From: an uncultured Pelagibacteraceae bacterium
GTDB taxonomy: Bacteria; Pseudomonadota; Alphaproteobacteria; Pelagibacterales; AG-422-B15
Reading direction: 5' to 3'
Assembly (NCBI GenBank): GCA_902580665.1
Contig: CACHLP010000002.1
Coordinates: forward strand, 6,337 to 70,336
Length of the DNA stretch: 64,000 nt
Position 1 is the stretch's first letter. The number at the start of each line of letters is the position of its first letter. Below are positions 40,525 through 49,350 of this stretch, piece by piece. Under the pieces are notes generated by a model. It was not told the DNA's origin and searched no databases. It saw only the letters and a program-made list of their open reading frames with translations. The position numbers were made by a program, and so were the translations under genes.

Positions 40525-41187
40525 TTAACGATATTTAGAGTTCAACTCTTTTTCAATGTACTTTCTTACCACTTTTTCTAATCTATCTTGTTCGTTATCA
40601 TAAAAATGATTTGCTCCAGAAATTTCTTCATAATCAACTGAGATGTTTTTCTGTGATTTTAGTTTTTCTGCTAACCGAGCAGTTTCTTCTGGTGAGACCA
40701 TTTCATCTTTCTTACCTTGTACAATTAATCCTGAAGCTGGACAAGGTGCTAAAAAATTAAAATCATAAAGATTTGGTTGTGGAGACACACTTATAAATCT
40801 TGTTATTTCCGGTCTTCTCATTAATAATTGCATGCAAAGTAATGCTCCAAATGAAAAACCAGCAACCCAACATTGATTTGTATTAGGGTTTTGTCGCTGT
40901 ATCCAATCTAAACCTGCAGCGGCATCTGCAAGTTCCCCAAGTCCATTGTCAAATTTACCTTCACTTTTACCAACACCCCTCAGATTAAATCTAAAAATAG
41001 AAAAACCCAATGAGTCAAATATGGAAAATAAATTCATAACGATAGGGTTATTCATTGTTCCGCCATATAAGGGGTGAGGGTGAATAATTAGAGCAACAGG
41101 AGGATTTAGAGATTGACCCTTTTTATACTTACCTACAAGTTTGCCATCTGGACCAGTAAAAACCACTTCTTTCACTTGATTATTCAT
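40525..41187 (-). CDS. alpha/beta hydrolase
   Basis: 220 aa with the nucleophile elbow GFSFG (WVAGFSFGA), a later Asp (GKKDEMV) and His (ANHFY). There is zero spacer to the convergent anmK. Confidence 0.75.
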   Translation of the reverse strand: MNNQVKEVVFTGPDGKLVGKYKKGQSLNPPVALIIHPHPLYGGTMNNPIVMNLFSIFDSLGFSIFRFNLRGVGKSEGKFDNGLGELADAAAGLDWIQRQNPNTNQCWVAGFSFGALLCMQLLMRRPEITRFISVSPQPNLYDFNFLAPCPASGLIVQGKKDEMVSPEETARLAEKLKSQKNISVDYEEISGANHFYDNEQDRLEKVVRKYIEKELNSKYR

Positions 41188-41200
41188 ATTTTATGACTAG

Positions 41201-41225
41201 ATAGTTGACTAAATTAGTAGGTTAT
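41201..41225 (+). promoter_or_regulatory. IscR (Rrf2) type-1-like operator overlapping a candidate promoter of cysE-iscR-suf
   Basis: ATAGTTGACTAAATTAGTAGGTTAT matches the E. coli type-1 IscR consensus ATASYYGACTRWWWYAGTCRRSTAT at 23/25 positions by my count. It contains a TTGACT -35-like hexamer (41205-41210) and is followed by TATAAG/TAAGTA -10 candidates. It ends 63 nt upstream of the cysE ATG. Confidence 0.65.
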
Positions 41226-41288
41226 TATAAGTAACCACTGAGACGGTATACTAAATTTGTTATTTAAAATTCAAGGTTTTTTTTTAAA

Positions 41289-41966
41289 ATGAGTAAAATC
41301 ATTGATTTAATTGACTCTTATATTAAGAGAGATCCAGCTGCAAAAGGGAGGATTGATGTGTTTTTCACCTCTCCAGGTTTGCATGCCATTGGCATATATC
41401 GCCTATCCAATTTCTTATGGTCTTTAAGGCTCCAATTTTTTGCAAAAGTAATTTCTTATTTAGGTAGGTTGATAACTGGAATCGAGATTCACCCTGGCTC
41501 AAAAATAGGAGCTCGTTTTTTTATAGATCATGGAATGGGAGTGGTGATTGGTGAAACGGCTGAAATAGGTAATGATGTAACAATATACCATGGCGTTACT
41601 CTTGGGGGCATTTCTCCAAATGAAGATAGTGCAAGCCAAAAAGAAAAAAAAAGACATCCCACACTAGAAGACAAAGTAACCGTTGGTTCTGGCGCTCAGA
41701 TCTTGGGTCCAATCACAATAGGACACAATTCAAAGGTTGGTTCAAACTCTGTTGTTACAACAAATGTAGACCCTAATAGAAGTGTAATCGGAAACCCTGC
41801 AAGATACACAATAGTTGCTAACTCTACTGGAAAAAAGAAATTCAGAGCTTACGGGTTAAGCAAAGGAGATGACAGCCGAACAGCAATTGTTGACCAGATT
41901 CAAAAAGATAATAAAGAGCTTCAGGAGAGAATTGCAGATTTGGAGAATATAATAAAGGAAAAGTAA
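41289..41966 (+). CDS. cysE: serine O-acetyltransferase (short form)
   Basis: 225 aa with a left-handed beta-helix hexapeptide region (IHPGSKIGARFFIDHGMGVVIGETAEIGNDVTIYHGVTLGG...KRHPTLEDKVTVGSGAQILGPITIG). The C-terminus is a heptad-like tail ending IIKEK. Confidence 0.85.
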   Translation: MSKIIDLIDSYIKRDPAAKGRIDVFFTSPGLHAIGIYRLSNFLWSLRLQFFAKVISYLGRLITGIEIHPGSKIGARFFIDHGMGVVIGETAEIGNDVTIYHGVTLGGISPNEDSASQKEKKRHPTLEDKVTVGSGAQILGPITIGHNSKVGSNSVVTTNVDPNRSVIGNPARYTIVANSTGKKKFRAYGLSKGDDSRTAIVDQIQKDNKELQERIADLENIIKEK

Positions 41967-42410
41967 ATGAAAATTACCTCAAAAGGAAGATACGCAGTTT
42001 TAGCAATGGTAGATATTGCCAAATTTGGTGAAGATGCACCATGTAACTTGTCTCATGTTTCAGTCAGGCAAAATATTTCACTTTCGTATCTTGAACAAAT
42101 TTTTAATGATTTAAAAAGAGCAAAGCTTGTCAAAAGCCAGAAAGGTCCTGGTGGAGGTTATAAGCTTAACAAAGAGTCTACTGAGATAAGAATACTTGAT
42201 ATTTTCAATGCTATCGATGAGCAAATAAAAACTACTGGATGTAGCAATGACCCAAATTCTTCTTGCTCAGGCACAGGCAAAAAATGTTTAACTCATAACT
42301 TCTGGGAAAATCTAGAGGGTGTAATTGGAAATTATCTAAACTCGGTTTATTTAAGTGATTTGACTACAGGATACAGTATTTCTGATGAGAGGAGAGCAAT
42401 AAGTGAATAA
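41967..42410 (+). CDS. iscR: Rrf2-family Fe-S cluster regulator IscR
   Basis: 147 aa with an N-terminal wHTH ([18 protein letters not shown]...[29 protein letters not shown]). It has a Cys-x7-Cys-x6-Cys-x2-His ligand cluster ([20 protein letters not shown]). Confidence 0.85.
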   Translation: MKITSKGRYAVLAMVDIAKFGEDAPCNLSHVSVRQNISLSYLEQIFNDLKRAKLVKSQKGPGGGYKLNKESTEIRILDIFNAIDEQIKTTGCSNDPNSSCSGTGKKCLTHNFWENLEGVIGNYLNSVYLSDLTTGYSISDERRAISE

Positions 42411-43845
42411 AATAAATAAAGATAATTTTAAGCAAGATGCTTATAAATATGGCTTCGTAACTGAGATTGAAGATGAAAAAATTCCTAAAGGTCTTAATGA
42501 AGATGTTATTAAACTAATTTCTAGCAAAAAAAATGAACCTGAATGGATGCTTGAATGGAGACTGGCTGCTTATGAGCGATTAAAACACATGGAGGTTCCA
42601 AAATGGGCTCGTGCAAATATCGCTGACATTGATTTTCAAGACTTATATTATTATTCATCTCCAAAAGACTTTAAAGACAAGCCTAAATCTCTTGAAGAAG
42701 TAGATCCTAAGCTGTTAGAAACTTATGAGAAATTAGGAATTCCATTAAAAGAGCAAGAAGCATTAGCTGGTGTTGCAGTAGATGCTGTTTTTGATAGTGT
42801 ATCAGTTGCAACCACTTTTAAAGAAAAGTTGAATGAAATAGGGGTCATATTTTGTCCAATTTCTGAGGCAATACAAAAGCACCCAGACTTAGTAAAAAAG
42901 TATATTGGCTCAGTAATTCCTGTAACGGATCATTTTTATGCAACTTTAAATTCAGCGGTATTTAGTGATGGGTCATTTGTGTACATTCCTAAAAATGTTA
43001 AATGCCCAATGGAGCTCTCAACATATTTTAGAATTAATGCCTCTGAAACAGGTCAATTTGAAAGAACACTCATAATTGCAGATGAAGGAAGTTATGTTAG
43101 TTATCTTGAAGGCTGTACAGCTCCAATGAGAGACGAAAATCAACTGCATGCAGCAAATGTTGAATTGGTAGCGCTTGATAATGCAGAAATTAAGTATTCT
43201 ACAGTTCAGAATTGGTATCCTGGCGATGAAGATGGTAAGGGTGGTATATACAATTTTGTAACTAAAAGAGGCCTCTGCAAAGGAAAAAACTCAAAAATAT
43301 CATGGACACAAATTGAAACCGGGTCAGCGATAACATGGAAATATCCAAGTTGTATTTTAAGAGGCGATAATTCAACCGGTGAGTTTTATTCAGTTGCAAT
43401 AACAAATAATCATCAGCAAGCTGATACAGGTACTAAAATGATTCATTTAGGCAAAAATACTAAGAGTAGAATTGTCTCAAAGGGAATATCAGCAGGTAAA
43501 TCCTCGAACACATATAGAGGTTTAGTTAATTTTCATAGAAAAGCTGAAAATTCTAAAAACTTTACTCAATGCGACTCCTTGCTTGTAGGTAGTAATTGCA
43601 AAGCCAATACTATTCCTCTTACAGAAAATAATTCCAATACCTCATCATTAGAGCACGAGGCTACGACTTCTAAAATAAGTGACGAACAATTATTTTATTG
43701 TATGCAGAGAGGTCTTGATGCTGAAGAAGCGCAAAGTTTAATTGTTAATGGTTTTTGCAAAGAAGTATTGCAGCAACTTCCAATGGAATTTGCGGTAGAA
43801 GCTCAAAAACTTGTTAGTATAAGTCTTGAAGGAAGTGTTGGATAA
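42403..43845 (+). CDS. sufB: Fe-S cluster assembly scaffold SufB
   Basis: 480 aa. The GTG start is preceded by GAGAGGAGAG. It has an N-terminal [10 protein letters not shown] and the conserved SufB core ([35 protein letters not shown]). Confidence 0.95.
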   Translation: MNKINKDNFKQDAYKYGFVTEIEDEKIPKGLNEDVIKLISSKKNEPEWMLEWRLAAYERLKHMEVPKWARANIADIDFQDLYYYSSPKDFKDKPKSLEEVDPKLLETYEKLGIPLKEQEALAGVAVDAVFDSVSVATTFKEKLNEIGVIFCPISEAIQKHPDLVKKYIGSVIPVTDHFYATLNSAVFSDGSFVYIPKNVKCPMELSTYFRINASETGQFERTLIIADEGSYVSYLEGCTAPMRDENQLHAANVELVALDNAEIKYSTVQNWYPGDEDGKGGIYNFVTKRGLCKGKNSKISWTQIETGSAITWKYPSCILRGDNSTGEFYSVAITNNHQQADTGTKMIHLGKNTKSRIVSKGISAGKSSNTYRGLVNFHRKAENSKNFTQCDSLLVGSNCKANTIPLTENNSNTSSLEHEATTSKISDEQLFYCMQRGLDAEEAQSLIVNGFCKEVLQQLPMEFAVEAQKLVSISLEGSVG

Positions 43846-43846
43846 T

Positions 43847-44581
43847 ATGTTAGAAATTAAAAACCTAGACGTATTGGTTGAAGATAAACAGATTATCAAA
43901 AATCTAAATTTAAAAATTGGACCAGGTGAGGTTCATGCAATTATGGGTCCTAATGGTTCTGGTAAAAGTACAATTGCTCATACATTAGCTGGAAAGCCTA
44001 ATTATTTAGTTGAATCTGGAAATGTTGACTTCAAAAATGAAGACCTTATAGCAAAAGATCCTTATGAAAGATCGCTGCTAGGGTTGTTTTTGGCTTTTCA
44101 GTATCCAATAGAACTGCCCGGTGTTACTAATGCATCTTATCTAAAGCAAATTCTAAACGCACACAGAAAATCTCGTGGAGAAAATCCAATAGATGCGGGG
44201 GAGTTTTTGAAAATACTAAAAGAAAAATCAAGAAACCTAAATATTCCTATGGAAATGCATAGCAGATTTGTAAATACAGGATTTTCAGGTGGAGAAAAAA
44301 AGAAAAATGAAGTCCTTCAAATGGACTTGCTTGACCCAAGTTTAATTATAATGGATGAGACTGACTCTGGATTAGATGTTGACGCACTTAAGAGTACCTC
44401 AGAGGCTGTAAATAAGCTAAGAGATGGAAAAAGGTCATTCTTAATAATAACTCACTACTTGAGACTGCTAGAATATATCGAGCCTAATCATGTTCATGTT
44501 TTTGGTGATGGAACTATAATAGAGTCTGGAGATAAATCTTTAGCTTCAAGAATAGATAACGAAGGGTATGCAGTTAAATGA
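43847..44581 (+). CDS. sufC: Fe-S cluster assembly ATPase SufC
   Basis: It has Walker A GPNGSGKST, signature FSGGEKKK and Walker B IIMDETDSGLD. The start is chosen at MLEIKNLDV (ATG 43847). Confidence 0.95.
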   Translation: MLEIKNLDVLVEDKQIIKNLNLKIGPGEVHAIMGPNGSGKSTIAHTLAGKPNYLVESGNVDFKNEDLIAKDPYERSLLGLFLAFQYPIELPGVTNASYLKQILNAHRKSRGENPIDAGEFLKILKEKSRNLNIPMEMHSRFVNTGFSGGEKKKNEVLQMDLLDPSLIIMDETDSGLDVDALKSTSEAVNKLRDGKRSFLIITHYLRLLEYIEPNHVHVFGDGTIIESGDKSLASRIDNEGYAVK

Positions 44582-45498
44582 AGCCAGTTAGCTCTTTAGA
44601 TTGTATCATAGAGATATCTGAAAAGATTAATATTCAGAACCCTTCTGATGAAATAATGATAAACTGTTCAAACGGTGAGAGCTGTCCCATTATAGATATT
44701 GAAATTAAAAAATCTATAATCAATAATCGAATTCATTTAACATGTAATGAAAAGCAAGATATCAAAGCAACTATCAATCTTCAAATAAATGATAATGCTA
44801 CACTAGAGTTTATAGATGAAGCAAATTATGAAGGTGCTACTGAAATTAAAATGAATACCATTATGAGACCAAACGCTGTATTTGAACTATATAGATTTAA
44901 CAGATTTAATGTATCAACAAAGAATTCTTTTGTTCACAATTGTGATCTTAAATCAAACTGCATTTTCAGAGATTTTAATTTCTCAAATGGCTCAAAAGAA
45001 ATGTTTAATAGTACTAAAATTTCATTAAACGAAAAAAATTCTAAATATATTGGCAGTGGTGTGGTGATTGCAGACTCTACTAACTGTAAAAATCAACTTG
45101 ATATTTCTCATATGTCACAGTCGGCTATATCTGATTGTTCTTTTAAAACAGTTTCGAGAGGTAAATCTAATGTCTCATTTAAAGGAAAGGTTTTTGTAGA
45201 TGACGGTTGTTCAGATACGGTATCTAGTCAAATAAGTAAAGGTTTAGTGATGTCTGACGAAGCGAAAATAGATTTAACTCCAATCTTAGAAATTAATAAT
45301 GACGATGTCGTTTGCTCTCATGGGGCTGCTTCTGGAAAACCAGACGATTCAGTACTTTTTTACCTGGCTTCGCGAGGTATAGAAAAGAACGACGCAGAAA
45401 AACTATATATGCAGGGTTTTCTATGTGAATTTTTAAATAAAATTGAAAATGTACAAATGCAATCCAAAGCAAGGGATTACATTAACCAAAATTGCTAA
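44578..45498 (+). CDS. sufD: Fe-S cluster assembly protein SufD (short)
   Basis: 306 aa with a beta-helix core and a conserved C-terminal region (NNDDVVCSHGAASGKPDDSVLFYLASRGIEKNDAEKLYMQGF). There is an ATGA overlap with sufC. Confidence 0.85.
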   Translation: MKPVSSLDCIIEISEKINIQNPSDEIMINCSNGESCPIIDIEIKKSIINNRIHLTCNEKQDIKATINLQINDNATLEFIDEANYEGATEIKMNTIMRPNAVFELYRFNRFNVSTKNSFVHNCDLKSNCIFRDFNFSNGSKEMFNSTKISLNEKNSKYIGSGVVIADSTNCKNQLDISHMSQSAISDCSFKTVSRGKSNVSFKGKVFVDDGCSDTVSSQISKGLVMSDEAKIDLTPILEINNDDVVCSHGAASGKPDDSVLFYLASRGIEKNDAEKLYMQGFLCEFLNKIENVQMQSKARDYINQNC

Positions 45499-45500
45499 CA

Positions 45501-46733
45501 ATGAATAAAGATAAAACTTTACGTAAAGATATAAGAAAAGATTTTCCTATTCTCTCTAAAAAAATTCTGAAGACAAAGGATTTGGTATACTTTGATACGG
45601 CTGCTTCTGCGCAAAAGCCACAAGTAGTCATTGATGAATTAAATCAATTCTACAAAAGTCATTATTCAAATGTAAGTAGAGGTGTTCATACTTTGTCAGT
45701 AGAATCGACTTTACGGTATGAAGAAGCTAGAAAAAAAGTTCAAAATTTTATAAATGCTAAATCAGAAAATGAAATAATTTTCACAAAAAGTGCAACAGAG
45801 AGTATAAATCTTGTTGCGCAAACATTTTACGATAAATATATGAGTGCTGGAGACGAAATTATACTATCTCTAATGGAACATCACTCAAATTTAATACCAT
45901 GGTATTTTTTAAGAGATAAATACGGAGTGATAATTAAATTTGCAAACATAACTGAGTCTGGAGAGATTGATGTTAATCACTTTGAAAGTCTTATAACTCC
46001 TAAAACTAAAATTGCTGCCTTGACCCATCTCTCAAATGTGTATGGTAGTAAGATTGACGAAAAAGTTTCAAGTATTTGTAAAAAAAATAACGTCGCAATT
46101 TTATTAGACGGGTGTCAGTCAGCTGCACACTTAAGAATTGATGTACAAAAACTAGAATGTGATTTTTTTGTATTTTCGGGCCATAAAACTTATGGACCAT
46201 CTGGCATTGGGGTTCTCTATGGAAAAGAGGATCTTCTAAACGAAATGCCACCCTATCAAGGCGGTGGTGGTATGATTGGTGAGGTAACAACCGATAAAGT
46301 TTCCTATGCTGAGTTACCTGCAAAATATGAAGCAGGTACGCCTCCGATTGCTGAGGCTCATGGCTTGGGTATAGCAATAGACTATATGAATAATGCAGGC
46401 ATAGAAAACATCATTAATCATGAGGAAGAGCTCACTAAGTATGCTTATGAAAAAATTAGTGAACTTGACTTTGTTAAAATATATGGCGATGGAGATAACA
46501 GGAATTCAATTATTTCATTTAATATAGAAAATATTCATTCACATGAAGTTTCTTCATTTTTAGATGTTGAGGGGATTGCAGTAAGAGCAGGGCATCATTG
46601 TTGCCAGCCACTCATGAAACATCTGGGTGTCAATTCAACGTCCAGATTATCTTTTGGTATGTATAACACTATTGAAGAAGTTGATATTTTTATAAATGCA
46701 TTAATTAAATGCAAGGATTTTTTTATAAAATGA
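45501..46733 (+). CDS. sufS: cysteine desulfurase SufS (type II)
   Basis: It has the PLP-lysine motif SGHKTYGPSG and the catalytic Cys loop RAGHHCCQP. The start is chosen at ATG 45501 (MNKDKTLRKDIRKDFPIL). Confidence 0.95.
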   Translation: MNKDKTLRKDIRKDFPILSKKILKTKDLVYFDTAASAQKPQVVIDELNQFYKSHYSNVSRGVHTLSVESTLRYEEARKKVQNFINAKSENEIIFTKSATESINLVAQTFYDKYMSAGDEIILSLMEHHSNLIPWYFLRDKYGVIIKFANITESGEIDVNHFESLITPKTKIAALTHLSNVYGSKIDEKVSSICKKNNVAILLDGCQSAAHLRIDVQKLECDFFVFSGHKTYGPSGIGVLYGKEDLLNEMPPYQGGGGMIGEVTTDKVSYAELPAKYEAGTPPIAEAHGLGIAIDYMNNAGIENIINHEEELTKYAYEKISELDFVKIYGDGDNRNSIISFNIENIHSHEVSSFLDVEGIAVRAGHHCCQPLMKHLGVNSTSRLSFGMYNTIEEVDIFINALIKCKDFFIK

Positions 46734-47164
46734 ACGAATTGCTCAAAGAATTATATCAAGAAATAATACTCGATCATGGTAAAGAGCCTAGAAATTTTGG
46801 CGAATGTGAAACTCACAATAAAAGTGCTCACGGACATAACCCATTGTGTGGAGATAAGGTAAGTCTTACGTTATTTATCGATGATGATGATTTTATAAAA
46901 GATATTAAATTTTCAGGAGAAGGATGTGCTATTTCAGTAGCATCTGCTTCACTTATGACTGAAAAATTAAAAGGCAAAAAGCTGTCCTATGCAGAAAATA
47001 TGTTCAAAGATTTTACTGACCTAGTAAAGGGTTCTGAAGACTCACTTAGCACTATTGATGAAGATGATTCTCTTTACGCTCTTAAAGGAGTAAAAGATTT
47101 TCCTATGAGAGTTAAATGCGCAACCCTTGCTTGGCATACTTTTAAAAATGCTTTGAAAGATTAG
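46730..47164 (+). CDS. sufU: SufU-type (NifU/IscU-like) sulfur-transfer/scaffold protein
   Basis: It shows close motif-by-motif similarity to Bacillus-type SufU: NPLCGDKVSL, GEGCAISVASASLMTE, FPMRVKCATLAW. There is an ATGA overlap with sufS. Confidence 0.85.
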   Translation: MNELLKELYQEIILDHGKEPRNFGECETHNKSAHGHNPLCGDKVSLTLFIDDDDFIKDIKFSGEGCAISVASASLMTEKLKGKKLSYAENMFKDFTDLVKGSEDSLSTIDEDDSLYALKGVKDFPMRVKCATLAWHTFKNALKD

Positions 47165-47167
47165 ATT

Positions 47168-47749
47168 ATGAGATTATATCCAGTGTATATAGCCTTATTA
47201 CTTCTATTTATTGTTTTGCAGTTGTTGTATAGTAATAATGCTTTTTCAGAAGTTAATTTAGAAGGATACGATATGACAAAAGTAGATGTAATTGATACTC
47301 CATTTTGGTGTTCAGCGACACCAGAGGAAAGAGCCGAAGCAATAAGCAAGCTAACTGAGGAACAAAAGAATGTTACTCTAAATAATGGTACAGAAAGACC
47401 TTTCAAAAATGAGTTTTGGAATAGCAAAGAGAAAGGTATATATGTAGATATTATCTCGGGAGAGCCACTATTTTCATCTTTAGATAAATTTGACTCAGGT
47501 ACAGGTTGGCCAAGTTTTGACCGTCCAATCAATGGAATAGAAATTGTCGAAATCGTTGATAAATCCTATGGCATGACGAGAACTGAAGTTAGAAGTGAAT
47601 ACGGCGACTCTCATTTAGGTCACTTATTTAATGATGGGCCGACAGAAACTGGCCTTAGATATTGTATTAATTCAGCTTCATTAAAATTTATACCTGTTCA
47701 TGAATTAGATAAGCATGGTTATGGAGACTTTGTTGAACTATTCAATTAA
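47168..47749 (+). CDS. msrB: methionine-R-sulfoxide reductase MsrB with N-terminal signal-peptide-like extension
   Basis: The SelR domain has GTERPF, GTGWPSF and the catalytic Cys in [13 protein letters not shown]. The N-terminal 28 aa ([28 protein letters not shown]) look like a Sec signal peptide. The start is 3 nt after the sufU stop. Confidence 0.85.
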   Translation: MRLYPVYIALLLLFIVLQLLYSNNAFSEVNLEGYDMTKVDVIDTPFWCSATPEERAEAISKLTEEQKNVTLNNGTERPFKNEFWNSKEKGIYVDIISGEPLFSSLDKFDSGTGWPSFDRPINGIEIVEIVDKSYGMTRTEVRSEYGDSHLGHLFNDGPTETGLRYCINSASLKFIPVHELDKHGYGDFVELFN

Positions 47750-47755
47750 TGATTA

Positions 47756-48064
47756 ATGGAAAAGTTAGAAGATCAAAAAATTATTGATGCTTTAAAAACA
47801 GTATTTGACCCTGAAATTCCTGTTGATATTTACGAATTAGGTTTGATTTATAAATGTGAAGTTTCACCAACTAATGATGTTTTGATCCATATGACTTTAA
47901 CTACACCCCATTGCCCTGTAGCTGATGAAATGCCTAAAAAGGTTAAGCAAGCCGTTGTCGATGTGCCAGGTGTGAACAATGTTAGCGTTGACTTAGTATG
48001 GGATCCTCCGTGGGATATGTCACGCATGTCAGAAATCGCTAGACTTGAATTAGATATGATGTGA
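47756..48064 (+). CDS. DUF59/SufT-like Fe-S assembly protein
   Basis: 102 aa with the motif VFDPEIPVDIYELGLIY...MTLTTPHCPVADEM, typical of the DUF59 (MIP18/SufT) family. It is the last gene of the suf string. Confidence 0.85.
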   Translation: MEKLEDQKIIDALKTVFDPEIPVDIYELGLIYKCEVSPTNDVLIHMTLTTPHCPVADEMPKKVKQAVVDVPGVNNVSVDLVWDPPWDMSRMSEIARLELDMM

Positions 48065-48131
48065 GATATCTACTTGAAATACAAAAATACATATATATTT
48101 AGCTAATATTCGTATATACAAATGTGAATAT

Positions 48132-48207
48132 GTGCCCGTAGCTCAGTTGGTAGAGCACTCCCCTTTTAAGGGAGTTGTCCTCGGTTCGAACCCGAGCGGG
48201 CATACCA
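48132..48207 (+). tRNA. tRNA-Lys (anticodon UUU)
   Basis: A hand-folded cloverleaf works. The acceptor is GTGCCCG/CGGGCAT, the D stem GCTC/GAGC and the anticodon stem CTCCC/GGGAG with loop CTTTTAA (anticodon TTT). The T stem is CTCGG/CCGAG with a TTCGAAC loop. The 3' CCA is encoded, and the length is 76 nt. Confidence 0.93.
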
Positions 48208-48245
48208 AATAAATGGCTACTTAATAAATAAAACAAATTTAAAAT

Positions 48246-48401
48246 ATGAAATTTTACGAAAAATTAGGTCCGTATCAGAAAAAAAAAGATCTTGAAAAAA
48301 AGAAAGACATTAATCCTAACGTAGCTAGAAACTGGGTTATCACCTGGTACTCAATTGTTGCAGCTTCAATTATATTGTATTTTGTTATAAGCAACATCTA
48401 A
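48246..48401 (+). CDS. small membrane protein (51 aa), hypothetical
   Basis: It is not in the ORF track (under 60 aa). The sequence is MKFYEKLGPYQKKKDLEKKKDINPNVARNWVITWYSIVAASIILYFVISNI: a Lys-rich N-terminus plus one TM helix. Its stop lies 2 nt before the next ATG, suggesting coupling. Confidence 0.4.
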   Translation: MKFYEKLGPYQKKKDLEKKKDINPNVARNWVITWYSIVAASIILYFVISNI

Positions 48402-48403
48402 CG

Positions 48404-49030
48404 ATGTGGTTGCTTGATTGTGGATTAGACAGTGTTGAATGGAGAAGAGTAATTGTTGTTTATTCATCAGCCTTAGCTCCTTTAATTCTCGCAGCTTATT
48501 TAACTTATAAAAAACAAATGAAAACGTGGATCACGTTTACTCTTTTATCTTCATTTTTAATTGCTGCTTTTGGATGGGAGTTATGGGTTAATTACGGTAT
48601 CTTAAATGGTGACGAGGTTACACTTAGACGCTCAGTATCACTTAGCTGCGCTATACCTTTGCACATTAACTGGCTGGTAAACTCACTAGCAGATACTGGA
48701 ATCGTTTGGTTCGCTATTATATTGGTGTACTGGCTATTTCCGAAGAGAGCAGAACATTATCAAGAGTTTAATTACTTATTTTTTACTGTCTTTTTTGTAT
48801 GGTTTATGGGGCAAAATTTTATAGTTGAGACAATCATTTATCACAATCAAGTAGGAGGGGACGCCCTATTATCTTGGGCACCGTTAATGCCGTTAGGATC
48901 ATTTTTAAATCCAACTCTGATGTCATTTGGTGAGCGTGAAATTACATTACAATCTCAATCCGCATGGTTAATTGGTACTCCATTATTTTACTTCTTATCA
49001 ATTTATTTCTACAAAAAGCATGGTAAGTAG
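48404..49030 (+). CDS. polytopic membrane protein, hypothetical
   Basis: 208 aa with 5-6 predicted hydrophobic helices, rich in Trp. I recognise no family motif. Confidence 0.6.
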   Translation: MWLLDCGLDSVEWRRVIVVYSSALAPLILAAYLTYKKQMKTWITFTLLSSFLIAAFGWELWVNYGILNGDEVTLRRSVSLSCAIPLHINWLVNSLADTGIVWFAIILVYWLFPKRAEHYQEFNYLFFTVFFVWFMGQNFIVETIIYHNQVGGDALLSWAPLMPLGSFLNPTLMSFGEREITLQSQSAWLIGTPLFYFLSIYFYKKHGK

Positions 49031-49041
49031 TATAGTTATTT

Positions 49042-49215
49042 ATGATTCTTACGGATTGTATGTGGTGCAGCAAACAAGTTAATCCTATTGAGGTTCACGG
49101 TCATTATCAATGTCCATACTGCAAAATTAACATTGATCCTTGTTGTTCTGGCGAACAGCAAAGTAATTATGATACAACAATCCCTTCATGCAACACTAAA
49201 AGATATGACGACTAA
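49042..49215 (+). CDS. 57-aa cysteine-rich zinc-ribbon-like protein, hypothetical
   Basis: It is not in the ORF track. The sequence is MILTDCMWCSKQVNPIEVHGHYQCPYCKINIDPCCSGEQQSNYDTTIPSCNTKRYDD. It has two CxxC pairs (C6/C9, C24/C27) plus CC34-35 and C50. It starts 11 nt after the preceding gene. Confidence 0.5.
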   Translation: MILTDCMWCSKQVNPIEVHGHYQCPYCKINIDPCCSGEQQSNYDTTIPSCNTKRYDD

Positions 49216-49350
49216 GTTTAAACTAGAAAATATACAAAAAAGCCAGAAGAACTAGAAAGATCATCAATGCCATCATAGGAAATGTTAAAATTCTATACAG
49301 TATTTGCATAAACTGTTTAAAATTAAATTGTTCCATATGGGTTAGATCAA

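Noticed and set aside
41240-41265. I considered a second, degenerate IscR-like half-site (GGTATACTAAATTTGTTAT) downstream of the main operator.
   Set aside because: It matches only about half of the consensus positions, which is indistinguishable from AT-rich background.
48065-48131. There are candidate sigma-70 promoter hexamers upstream of tRNA-Lys (TTGAAA ... ATATTT; TGTGAATAT).
   Set aside because: The spacing is off (15 nt), or the -10 abuts the mature tRNA 5' end. AT-rich sequence gives many hexamer look-alikes, so no promoter is called.
49223-49336. A 37-codon hydrophobic minus-strand ORF (MEQFNFKQFMQILYRILTFPMMALMIFLVLLAFLYIF) starts 15 nt downstream of the SDR gene stop.
   Set aside because: It is plausible as a small membrane peptide, but it has no SD and no evidence of conservation, and such ORFs arise easily in AT-rich spacers. 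It is left unannotated.
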